From positions 29,476,370-29,540,369 of the forward strand of contig NC_083445.1 of assembly GCF_020745735.1 (NCBI RefSeq): a stretch of 64,000 nucleotides of DNA. Direction: 5' to 3'. Below, piece by piece: positions 36,720-48,649 of this stretch (its first letter is position 1; each line of letters begins with the position of its first letter). The DNA comes from Hemiscyllium ocellatum. Lineage: Eukaryota. The notes below the pieces were generated by a model, which had not been told where the DNA came from, made no database searches, and was given only the letters and a program-made list of their open reading frames with translations. A program made the position numbers and the translations under genes.

Positions 36720-38050
36720 TTGAACTAATAACAGTAGATTTGCAATGTCAAATCACAATATATTGGAGTCAATATGGTTCCTTGAACGATGAATCACGTT
36801 TGAGTTATTTGCTTGATTTCTTTAAAGATGTGACAAGCTCGGTGGATAATGGAGAAACTGAAGATGTAGCATACCTGCTCTTCCAGAAGGAATAAAGTAA
36901 GGTGCCACACAAAAGGTTCATTCATAAAATAAGTGCATATGGGGTTTGGAGTAATTCATTTAGCTTGGATAGAGGATAGCTGAACCAACAAAATTTGGTG
37001 AGACAGAATGTATGTGTCGTTTTCCGGTTGAGGCCTTGTGGGGTGCCATAGAGTTCAGATTTCAGGTCCCAACTATTTGCATTCTGCATCACGACTTGCA
37101 TTAGGAGATAGAAAATGTCAAAGCAAAATTTTCGCATGACACTAATATAGGTGGAAAAGTAGGTTGCAGTGAGAATGCATGAAATTTACAAATCGATATG
37201 GATAGGTTTGTTCAATGGGCTAACATTTGGCAGATCAAATCGCCTATGGATAATAATGAAATTATCAATTTTGGTCAGAGAAATAGAAGGACAACTGTTT
37301 ATTTGAATGGAGAGAAACTTCCGACTGCTTAATTGCAAATTGGTATGGGGTTCCACATGCGTATCGCAGAAAACTGGGACACAGCTACAACAGTTAGTGA
37401 GAAAGGCAAGTGCTATTTCAACGGTGTTTTTGAAACGAGGAGAGTGCAAAATTAAGGAAGTGTTGCTGCAAAAATACAAGCCATCAGTGAAACCGCAATG
37501 GCAGTACCATGTACAGTTTTTGTACCCTGACTAGAGGAGGGACGTAGCAACATTGTCGGCAGTTCACAAGTGATTCACTAGACCGATTTCGGAGATGAAG
37601 AGTTTGTCTTATGAAAAGAGATTGAGCCGTTCAGGCCTACACTCTCCAGAGTTTAGAAGGATTAGAGGAAATCTTATAGAGGTCTGCTCGATGCGAAAGG
37701 TGATTGGCAATATACTTGAGAGTCGATATTCTGTCCTTTGGAGGAATTGTGAACAAGATTTTGGATAAGGCAGAGCAGATTTAAAACAGATGTGAACAGG
37801 AGAAGACTTTCAACGCCTGGAGACTAATATACAGTTTCTTCTTTCAAAGGATTTCAATCTGTGTAATTCACTTCCGCAGAGTGCAGTGGACATTGAGGAT
37901 CGTCGAGAGTGAAGCAGTAAAGTGGAATTAATGTCGAGATGATATCAACAATGATCATATTAAATGGTGGAGCAGGGTCGAGGGCTGAACTGCCTACTGA
38001 TACGTATGAATCTGATGTCTTTATGTAAACAAAGCCCACTGAATGTTCTA
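36720..38050 (+). mobile_element. CR1 LINE RT to 3' end, decayed
   Basis: FFKDVTSSVDNGE..KVPHK, QWQYHVQFLYP and LIE-type tail motifs. Confidence 0.75.
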
Positions 38051-40103
38051 CAAAGGAATTAGGGGAGACAGTTTATCAAACAGGGAATTAACACTCGGGA
38101 TAAATCGGTCTTGATGAGTTTAACTGAACGTAACCAAGGGAGTCACACAGTGACCAGTGCTAGATCCTAAACTATTCACAGGTTTTGTCAGTGATTGGAG
38201 AAGTGGAACAAATGAACTGTAATTAAATTTGCTGATGACATTAACATAAGCGGGAAATTACATTACCAAGAGAAAATGGAGAAAGTGTAAATGGAGGTAG
38301 AGAGACTCAATCAACGGATAATATTTCAGTAGAGAGAATATAATGTGATATGTTATGTAAATGGAGAGGACCTACTGGTACAACGTGCACTGGAGGGTTC
38401 AATCTGACCCATTCAGATATCAGAAGTGTTTCTTCATCTTCCTAATGGTCTCCTCCATGATGTTCCAGTGCGTCCATTGCTCTTAGTACGCTCAGCTTAT
38501 GTTGATGCTGTTGGTTGGTGATGGCCATGATTTGGAGGAGCCAGTGTTGGACTGGGATGGACAAAGTTAAAACTCACACAACCTGTTGGACTACAACCTG
38601 GTGTTGTGTAATTTTTTTGGTCGGTTTTGGGGAGTGGTGAGGGCTTGTGTATCAAAGGGCAGCCTCTATCTGAGATGTCACCTTTCTTTCTACGTTGAGA
38701 CTCGAAGACGATGGGAATGGCTGACTACTTCTGAATAAAGAGGCTGTGGCTGTTGCCAGGACAGTGAGTATTCACCAACAGGATGGATTCTATTTGGTCA
38801 TGCAGCAGCAGTAATGGAATGTGAGCATCTTCAGTTCCTCTACCTCTCCACATTGACATGGGAACCCGCATAGCCACGTACACCATCTGGAATTCCGCTA
38901 TACAGGGCAAACGAGGATACACCTGGCAGTTCTCTGCTGAGGGAGAAACCATTGTTCTAATCTTATCTAACATATATATGCTCCATTACTGAATGATGAC
39001 ATTGGACGTTGACATATGCTGGATGCATAGGTCACCACTCCTGCCTGGAATGTTTTGGATGACAGAATCTGAATGAAAGTGTGATCCTAACAGCCACTGG
39101 CAGCATTGTAGGTGTAGCTTGGGAAGTTGTTCTTGGAAAACGTGTGGTGGATACTGCAGATCACTTTCCCCAGACACATACTGATACCATGGTTTCAGGC
39201 CTCCCCTCCTCTGCAGCCTCTGCTCCATTGGTTGTTCATATTGCGGATCCAGAAGCTCTATTCGGGCTTTGGTCACCTATACTCAGGTCTCCCTGAATGT
39301 CTGAGGGAGTTCACAGTACAACCTCTAAAACCATGCCCAGCAACTCCACTAACTTTTCAATAACAGGATTCTGTCAGAAGCCCCTCAGCTCCAAGTTAGA
39401 TGCCTGGTATTTCTGAGGAATACTCGCGGGTCATAGAGTCTGACCACATGATCAGCTTCAGAGTACAAACACAGCTGTTCAGTGGCAGATGCAGAACAAG
39501 TTTCAAAGATGTGTCTCGGAGCTTCTGAAACACTCTGTCCAACATAAAGCACCTCATGGGGTACACCGAGAAGTTAACAACAGTCCAACACACCGGATTT
39601 CATTGTTTCTGAGCTTCACAATGCCACTACCCAATATACTAAGGAGCCAAAGTTCAATCCCAGAAAATGATTCATATAGAGATTCATGTTAGAGATGCAA
39701 ACAGACAATGAATTAATTGAGTTTATGTTTGGAAACATGGATGGTAAAGGCAAGGAAGTGGCGCTCGTGAGCAAAATGAGACTTTGGAGAGTTCAAATCT
39801 TAAGAATGAGAAAATTGAAGAAAAGCCTTGTCAGGTCTGTTGAAATGGTACATGACATCAAATTCTAGATCTTTCTGGTATATACAGCACAGGCATGATA
39901 AACTGGGGAAAGATGACAGCCAGCATGGAGAGCTCTACAGAAAATGCTAATGTATTGCCAGTAACCTGGACTATCTACTGAGCATATTGCTACTATACCT
40001 GCAGTAAATAACTGCCTGGCATGGGGAAATTGGCAGTCCATGCTGTGAGTAACAGTAAATGGGACTAAGACAAACTTATGTTTCTTGGTCACCACCGAAC
40101 CAG

Positions 40104-40290
40104 NNNNNNNNNNNNNNNNNNNNNNNNNNNNNNNNNNNNNNNNNNNNNNNNNNNNNNNNNNNNNNNNNNNNNNNNNNNNNNNNNNNNNNNNNNNNNNNNN
40201 NNNNNNNNNNNNNNNNNNNNNNNNNNNNNNNNNNNNNNNNNNNNNNNNNNNNNNNNNNNNNNNNNNNNNNNNNNNNNNNNNNNNNNNNNN
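40104..40290. other. Assembly gap (N run)
   Basis: 187 N. Confidence 1.
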
Positions 40291-41713
40291 TCGATGTGAA
40301 AATCGGTGTTTGGATGAAAACAGTCTAAATGCGAACAACTGCCAGTAGTTTGGATATTCGATAGAGAGGGAGAAAGATTCAGAAGGACACTGGGGTAGAG
40401 TCAGAGGAAGGAAATGGAGTTTTCAATCAGAACAGAAGGCTGTGAGATGATGCAACGAATTGTGGTTCAGAGCTCAAAATGACTAGTTTACTGATGCAGT
40501 TATTAGTGATTTGTCGAGGGAATAACTGGATTCAGATTCTCAGCAGGAAAAATAACAATGACAACGATGGTAGAGCAAATGAAAGAAAAAGTAATACAAT
40601 TAAACATCGCTTAGAAAAATGATAACCGAATGGTGACATTGGACGTTGACATACGCTGGATGGATAGGTCACCACTCTTGCCTGGAAAGTTCTGGATCAC
40701 AGAAGCTGAATGAAAGTGTGATCCTAACACCCACTGGAAGCATTGTACTCCCCCTAATGTGAAGCTGCAGATCGTGTTGAAGGAAATGACACGGCTCTGT
40801 GACTAGCTCCTTATTCCATCAGGATCCCATCGCACTCTGCTCCTGGGTTAGGTGTGTGTGTGTGTGTGTGTGAGTGTGTGAGAGAGAGAGAGGGAGAGTG
40901 GTGAGGTCTGGTGGTCGATGTGAAATCGGTGTTTGGATGAAAACAGTCTAAATGCGAACAACTGCCAGTAGTTTGGATAATCGATTGAGAGAGAGAAAGA
41001 GTCAGAGGGACACTTCATGGACAAATATGAAGACGCATTTGAGAATGTTAAAATCCATGCAAAGCCAGATCCAGTAACAATATAGTTCAGTGTACACAGG
41101 AAGGATGGCTGGATGGAATCTTGTGACAGTTTGGATCTGAGCCGTGGAGTATTGTCTCAGGCTGGTTTCTGCAGGTTTGAAGCTGGGAACGTCAACAGCA
41201 GATTTTTGACGTCAATGAGGCTGCATTTTATAGATCATGGTTCAAATAGCAGATGGGATGAGCCAGTAAAGTATATTCTAAATGTGTCAGTAGTTTAAAG
41301 TAGGACTGGTCAGGGTATGGTGTCAGGAATCAACTCATGGCTAAAGGGATCACCAAAGCTATTATTCATCTGTTTTAGTCCCAAATATTGGCCAGGAATG
41401 GGATAGAGTCATAGAAAGGAAATGGAGTTTGCAATCAGAACAGAAGGCTGTGTTATGATGCAATGAATCGTGGTACAGAGCTCAAAATGATTAGTTCAAC
41501 ATAGTGTTATACGAGGGAATCTGCTGAAAGAAAAGAGGAGAGAGTGAATGAACAGGTTTACTGATGCAGTTAGTAGTGATTTGTCGAGTAAATAACTGGA
41601 TTCAGAGTCTCAGCAGGAAAAATAACAATGACAAGGATCGTAGTGTAAATGAAAGAAAAAGTAATACAATTAAACATCGCTTAGAAAAATGATAACTGAA
41701 CAGTGAGACTTAC

Positions 41714-42035
41714 CAGGGACACCAATGATAGCCAGGATAGGATAATAGAAATATTGAATAATCAAAACTGCACATCCAATCCGCACTAATAATGACATGA
41801 GATGATAATATGTAGAAAGATTCCAAACTTCCCACGATAAAGTTCTGTCCATTGTTGAAACATTCCAGTTTATTGTTCTCAGATTGTGATCTATTGTTGT
41901 AAAATTCCAGTTTATTTTTCTCAGATTCTGATCCATTGTTGGAGCATTCGTGGCTAACGTTCTCGGATTCCGATTTCTCATGCACCTCTCTCTGGAGTTG
42001 CTGCTCCCTGTTAATGCTGGCAGTGATGGTCCCAC
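41714..42035 (-). CDS. Exon 1 of the GPR139-like GPCR
   Basis: Encodes an N-terminus with 14-aa repeats and TM1 ...IIQYFYYPILAIIGVP, then a phase-1 G|GTAAG donor (intron starts at 41713). Joins in frame to exon 2 (GVP-V-NVVT), giving 409 aa from the first ATG. The true start could be a downstream ATG (e.g. 41936). Confidence 0.8.
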
Positions 42036-42569
42036 TCATACCATGGGGTGACACATAGAACGGTGCCCATTTATCATAAAAAGAAGATGGAAACCTTCCA
42101 CTGGGATGATCAGAATCTGTGGAGACTGGTATTAATAACAGTCACTGAACAAACAGATTCAGTTAACACCTTCTTTACATCACTTCTCACATCGCAATAA
42201 AAGGAAATATTTCCTCAATCTGGATGTAATGCATGAGAGTTGCTGAGGTAGCTCTCTTCAATTTTCCAATCTTTTTCATCTTTCTTCCTTGTCTCTGAGA
42301 GGAGAGCCTACACACTGCAGGGTTATACATGTTCCACCCTGTTTACAAAGGGAGACAGGGATGAAATAACAGAACTGCTGCACAAAATGTCTGGTGGGGA
42401 AAGTTCTAGAATCCAGAAGCCAGGATAACAATATTTGCTGCTCACTGATTTTGCATGATGCTACTTCTATTTTTGAATGCCCTGTGATCAAATCCTTTCA
42501 CACCCTTGAGACAGAGCATTGGGACTGTTGCTCAGGAACAAAGGGAAGCAATTCTGTTCCAGTGTGCCC

Positions 42570-43160
42570 GTTACAGAGGAAGAGGAGGAGACCATTCAGC
42601 CAATGCTTGCCTGTTGCCTCTTGAATAGGTGGGAAGCTGGAATGTTGGCACCGTTTGCAAAGGGAATTATTCAATATGTAGAGAAGTGTTCCTGCAGCTG
42701 TAAAAACAATTACTGAGAGGAGACCTGGAGAACATTGTGCTGTTTGGGTTTGTGTAACTGAGAAGGGGGATGTTCTCCATCTGTTCCAGCTTAACAGCTG
42801 CTCGTCATCCAGCGGTTGCTGCTTTTTTTAATGTCTCGACGAAAAGGAACAGGAGGAGACCGTTCAATCTATCGAGGCTGTTACAGAGGGAAAGAAGGAG
42901 GCCATTCAATCAATTGGACTAGTTTCAGAGGGACAGAAGGAGGCTGTTCAATCTATTTCTCCCGGTTACAGAGGGACAGGAGGAGGCCATTCAATCTATT
43001 TACCCTCTTACAGAGGGACAGGAGGAGGCCATTCATTCCATTGAGCCTGTTACAGAGGGACAGGAGGAGGCTACCCAACCTCTCGTGTATGTGACTTAGA
43101 ACCAAGAGTAAGTCATTCAGCCTCAGTAGCCTGTCACAGAGGAACAGGGAGAAGCCATTC
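42570..43160 (+). repeat. Degenerate minisatellite with a unit of about 46 bp
   Basis: Repeated TTACAGAGGGACAGGAGGAGGCCATTCA.. units, best preserved at 42885-43080. Confidence 0.75.
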
Positions 43161-44894
43161 AGCTTTTCAAATCCAACAAATTAGCCAGTTTGCTTGCTCA
43201 ATTACGGCGAGAGAAGTAAAAAACATTGCTAATGCACGATTAATATTTTGAGGATTTTCAATGAAAAAACATCAGAGAGGCTTTCAGTCAATAGAAGCTG
43301 TTGGAAATATGAAGATTGCATTCAGTCCCTCAATTCCATTCCACAGGTGCAGCAGGAGACCACACAGGTATTGAAGCTTGTTACTCGAGAGCAGGAGGAA
43401 GAGATTATTTTCACACACCTGGTACACAGGAACAGGAGGTAGTCACTCAACTGTTCAAAGTTGGTACACAGGAAAATCTGTCGGCAACAGAGCCCCAAGG
43501 ATCCTGTTAGCCAGGAATATGAGGAGGCACCTCAATTCCCACCAGTATGGTACACTGGAAGAGAAGGAGAATTGGCTTGTTGCCAACAGAAATATATGGA
43601 TGCATTGCATGAACAGGCCAATCAATGCTGATCCATTATTCAGTAAGATCATGGCTAGTACGATTGTGACTCCTCATTCAAATTAACTGAGATTGCCCTC
43701 TCTGCAGCACCGGCTCTAACTGTTGGTCATGGTGCAGACCCAGATCATCACTCCAGTCACCATGATTCAACCACAGTGGGTGACCAAAGGAACTGATCTT
43801 CCTGAATGTCCACATCAGCTTAAATCTAAACATCCTAGAAGGCATCCCCAGCATTTCTACTAACTTTCCAACATCAGAATTAAGTCAAATGCCAATCCAC
43901 TTAAATTAGAACCTGGGCTGAATCCAAACAGTTGAGATGATTCCTCATATTACTAAAAATATGGTCATCAAAGTTACTCAAACATGCGTTCAGTGGCAGA
44001 TACAGAACACATTATAAAGAGGCGTCCCACATGAAGTACCATATGGAACACCAGCAAGTGAAAGAAAGCATGAGCTATGCTTCTTTTCTTCACGGTTCTC
44101 AGCTTCTTAACAGTGGATCACGATGCACTAGGGGGAGCAACACCAAAGTCCAGGGAAAGATGCAAGACGGTTATTCATGCTAAAACTGGACAACCACTTA
44201 ATGGACAACAAGTTGCATAACAATAATGCATGGGAATGACTGGAGGAGTCAGAATTTGGTGGGTCAACCTGTAAGAGTGAGAACATAAAATAAAGGCATG
44301 GACAGATCAGTTGAATTACTTAGTTATCACACACTCTCAATTAAATTCACAGAACGACCCCAGTCACCAGAAACCAGGTGACATACCCATTTGGCTTAGA
44401 ACATTGGTGCGGCCCACAACACAACACTGTACAGACCACATCAGTGCATTGATTTACAAACTAAGGCACTGTACCTGTCCAGCAGGAGGAGCTTGCAGAT
44501 CCCAGCAGTGGATTGGTGATAAACGGTGTGGATGGAATACTTCAAATATTGTACACATCAGATTATAACTGCCTAACGAACCCAATCTCTGAAAACTTGC
44601 AAATTCAATAAACCTGTTGTAATAAATACATGTGTTGTTTGATTTTTGAACTAGACCTTTCAAGACAGAATAGGGATCTGTTCAATCCAGGGCAGCGTGT
44701 GTGGTGCGGGGAGAGGGAAGCAATTTCATGAATATGTAACCACACGTTGAACATGGGATGGGGAGGTTGGAGCGTATAAGTGGGAAGAAAGATGGACTGG
44801 TAGGACAGGTCAAAAGGGTTGTCTCTGAAGTTACAGCAGAGGCAAGGGCCCCAGCTATGCCTGCCTCTTCGTATGATACATAAAACAGTCCATC

Positions 44895-45090
44895 ATCCAA
44901 AGTTACCAAAATTAAGGATCACACAACACCAGTTTAGAGTTCAACAGGTTTATTTGGAGTTTCTAGCTTTTGAAACTTTGCTTCTTCGTCACGTGGTTGT
45001 GAAGTCGGACAACGTGCCACAAAATAAACCTGTTGGACGCTAACCTGGTGTTTTGTGCTTCTTAACTTTTTCCACCCAGTTCAACACCAG
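44895..45090. mobile_element. Small inverted Penelope pseudo-LTR element
   Basis: CACACAACACCAG..CAACAGGTTTATTT at the left and AAATAAACCTGTTG..CTGGTGTTTTGTG at the right. Confidence 0.6.
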
Positions 45091-45099
45091 CTCCTCCAA

Positions 45100-45555
45100 G
45101 TCAGTCCTATCAAAGTGGTTGACTTCGCATTTATTCACGTTGTGTTCCGTCTGCCAGATGTTTGTCCACTCAATTTACGTACTGGAAAATTTCACAGCCC
45201 TCTGCACACTTTGCTTTGCAACTCATCTTCGTGTCGCATACAAACGTTGACGCACTACACGTGGTCTCCAACCACAAATAATCTATATAAATGGTGAATA
45301 ATTGTGGTCCCAACATTGACCACTGAGGCACACCACGAGTCACTGATTGCAAATCAGAATAGTGCTCATTCATCCTCACTATTTCCTGCCTGTTCGTCCA
45401 CCAATCCTCTGTCCATGTCAATACTTTATCTGTAACGCCATGTATCTTTATCACATGCAGCAGCCTCTTGTGCAGCACCTTGTCAAAGGCCTTTTTGAAA
45501 TCTCGGTACACCACATCCACTTGGTCCCTGCTGTCCACTTTGCTCATTATGTCTT
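45100..45555 (-). mobile_element. CR1 LINE RT core fragment
   Basis: DVVYRDFKKAFDKVLHKRL..GVPQWSMLGPQLFTIYID. Confidence 0.9.
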
Positions 45556-46140
45556 CATAGAATTCCAAAAGATTTGTTACATTAGGGAGAAGAGACGCCA
45601 ACTCGCGGTGTATTTCAGGGAACATCTCTGGGACACACACACCAAATAACTGCACAACCCTGTGATCGACCACTTTAAATCTGGCTCCTCTGCACTCCCC
45701 CAAGGACATTCAAGACCTGGGATTCCTCCACCAGCAATTTAAAGCCACTCAACAACTGTAGAAAGACCGCCTCATCTTCCATCTTGGAAACTTGCAAGCA
45801 CACGGAATCAATATCCACTTCATTAGTTTCCTAACTCCACTCACGCCACCTCATCTCAGATCCAATCCTCCAACTCGATACCATCTTTTGACCTATCCTA
45901 CCCGTCAATCTTTCTGCCTAACTATCTGCTCCACCCACCCCACAGGCCTATAGCAATTACCACCACCTGCATCCACCTATCACCTTCCCAGCTACTTTCC
46001 TCCAGCCCCTCCCTATGACCTTTTATCTCTCAGCTCCCTTCACCCTCCCCAATCCTGATGAAGGGCTTATGCCCGAAATGTCGACTCTCCTGCTCCTTGG
46101 AAGTCTGAGCTGCTGTGCTTTGCCAGTGCGACACTTTTCG
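45556..46140 (+). mobile_element. Penelope-like GIY-YIG end with hammerhead (46055-46082)
   Basis: YIREKRRQLAVYFREHL; CTGATGA-AGGGC-TTAT-GCCC-GAAA-TG-TC. Confidence 0.85.
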
Positions 46141-47515
46141 ACTCCAACCTTCTCATAGTCTGCACTGTGCCTGTTGTAGTCCTATCACATCCTTTCTGTC
46201 ATGCAGTACTCAACGGTACATAGGCCTGTCATTGTTGTCGAAACACTGTTTACTTTTTAAAAAGGCCAAGATCATTCTGCTCACTCAAAATCTGATCAAT
46301 TACCTGACATTTGCTTCATGTAATGAAGAGTGACCTGTTCTAGCGAGCTACTATTTGAATGAGACTTGCAAATGCAGTTAGATGTTGAATGACAAAGTTT
46401 GGTGAACATCAAGCTGGGCATTTGGTCTTGTGTGTTTCCTTGCTGGCTGTAAATTTTGAATATTTTGGTTTCAGATAGTAGATAACAGAGCTCAAAAAAC
46501 AGATGGTCTTTTGCTGACTTTATGAACAGCTCTGTAATGATAGAGACAGTGGGGAGATATCCAATCACTACAGACATAATAAAATGGATGCAGCTCTGTT
46601 ATGATACAGAAGATTAGTTTACTCATCCAGAGAAAAGTTAAAAGAAATAAAATAATCTATGATGAGAAATTACGGAAGATTTAATAGTGGAATAGTCATT
46701 AATGGGATATCAATTAGAGTCGTCTTGTCCTGAAAATATTTAGATTCCGATTGAATGGATGAAACAAACTCAGTTCCATTGACAAGTATCTTAGTAATAA
46801 ACCTCAACTCGGTTATTGGACTATTAACATCACAACGAACAAACTGAAACGGTCAGCACAAGCTTGGCTCAGTCCCCGGGTGTGGGGGAGGGGGAGTGGA
46901 GACTGACAGCACTTTTGTTATGAAATTGAAGGCGTGCACTGTACCTTTAAGGGAGAGTGAATGCTGTTCTGCACTGAGAGCTTACCAGCACTTGTCTTAT
47001 GACTGGCTAACAGTCTCAGTGTGTACTGGAAAATTGAAAATATGCAACATTTGGCTGGGAAATAGATACCTGAGTTAGTTGCTGTTATGACAACAATTCG
47101 AATTTAACCAATCAGTTTAAATTGTGCCTCAGGATCCTAAAACCTAGTCGAGTTTGTGTATATTATTTTTCCAACATCGAACCAATGACATGATCCAATG
47201 TTGGGTGTATAAAAAGGGCAGGCTGTTTGAAAGTCAGACAGAGTAACTGCCATCTAAAAAGACCACAGATATTGAAACACTCTGTATCCAATGTAACTTT
47301 TTATATGTAGCATATTCGCAGCAGGATAAAGAAGACCACCCAGGGAGATCTTTAGCTGGAGAAAGAACGACACGAAAGATGCTAGCCACTGGATGGTTTT
47401 GAAATTAAGTTGATGTGATTTTAAAGAGTGTTTTATTGGAACAGCATATGTGTACAGAGTTAGAGGCCGATAATAAGCAGTTTAGAGAAATGGAAACTTA
47501 AAGTTGTAAATAGTT

Positions 47516-47751
47516 TGCGCAAAGATTTGTAGCTCGGGTGCTTGTTGTAGTGGTTCTGTTCGCCGAACTGGAAGTTTTTGTTGCAAACGTTTCGTCCCCT
47601 GGAAGCGGCAAGGACAGACCACTGTAAATGCCGGAAGAAACATCAAAGAAGCGCTTCGCAGGAGGCTCCACAGCACTGATGATGTCTCCTAGCCAGGGGA
47701 CGAAACGTTTGCAACAAAAACTTCCAGTTCGGCGAACAGAACCACTACAAC
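47516..47751 (+). mobile_element. Young 5'-inverted Penelope fragment with intact hammerhead and target-site duplication
   Basis: Perfect 61-bp inverted repeat (47542-47602 / 47693-47753); direct repeat AAAGTTGTAAATAGTT at 47500-47515 and 47752-47767. Confidence 0.85.
47673..47712 (+). ncRNA. Minimal type I hammerhead ribozyme
   Basis: Stem I GCA/TGC, core CTGATGA, stem II GTCTCC-TAGCCA-GGGGAC, GAAA, palindromic ACGT helix III, cleavage triplet GUU. Confidence 0.75.
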
Positions 47752-47829
47752 AAAGTTGTAAATAGTTGTTGTCTGATGTTCACTTTTTGAGGATAAAAAT
47801 AAATTGATGCTATTTTCTTTGTGTGAGAC

Positions 47830-48460
47830 CTGTCTCGGTCATGGATGGCCATGGTTGCATCCTGTTGTTCTAGCTTTCTGCTTCCCTGAGGCAACGTTGC
47901 TTCTGACTGAAGAGAACAGTACTGGAGTGATGTTCATGTTGCAGAGGTCACATCTGTATATGGTCATTGATCTGCTAGTGCTTCTGTACTCCTTCCTGTT
48001 TTGAGGTGTTTGTTCAGGTTGCTTCTCCACCTTGTATGGTCTGCTGCAAGCCTTTCCCAGGCCTCTGTATTGATATAGAGCGCCTTCATGTCCCTCATGG
48101 AGATGTCCTTGTAGCCCAGGTGGGGATGCCCTGTGGGCTTCTGCCCAGATGTGAGGTCTCCATGAATGGTATCCTTTGGGATGCAGCCAGGCTGCGCTGC
48201 CTGAGCAGGGTGTACATGCTGTGAAGGCCAGCGTGAGATAGAACCACCTCGTTGGACACTCTGTCTTGCCAGGATATGCCCAGGATACAGTGGATACTCC
48301 TCAAGTGAAAGATGTTCAGTTTTCTCTCCTGTCTGGTATGTGTAGTCCACATCTCACTGCAGTACTGCAGAGGGCTTATGACACAGGCGTTCTACACTGG
48401 CATTTTTGTCTTCACTGTCAGCATGGGATTTGTCTATAATCGAGTCATAAGGTGAGGAAG
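47830..48460 (-). mobile_element. RTE/BovB-like LINE 3' fragment
   Basis: KLNIFHLRSIHCILGISWQDRVSNEVVL..IPKDTIHGDLTSGQKPTGHPHLGYKDISMRDMK. Confidence 0.85.
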
Positions 48461-48649
48461 AGTCAATCCTCACTTAGCTGTGTTCAGTACTTGTTTGTGC
48501 AATGGCTGGCAGTCTGCTGAACTTTGTTCCTGTTGCTTCTCACTAGCTGACCGCTTGTATTCAGCTCGGGCTATTTTCTTTAAATAGTGGAATTTGGGAG
48601 TTGTCTGCTACTCTTATTTTAACAGATTACAACGTGAGGTGAGCTTTGT

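Larger units (their letters stand above)
46917..47830 (+). repeat. Probable truncated or solo LTR, interrupted by a Penelope insert
   Basis: Begins TGTTATG, contains CCAAT boxes and TATAAAAAG, later AATAAA; LTR-like organisation. No partner LTR found. Confidence 0.5.

Noticed and set aside
39865-40348. ORFs containing runs of X (also 48835-49151)
   Set aside because: Artefacts of reading through N gaps.
42570-43160. CRISPR-like repeat array
   Set aside because: Eukaryotic context, degenerate tandem units without unique spacers, and no cas genes.
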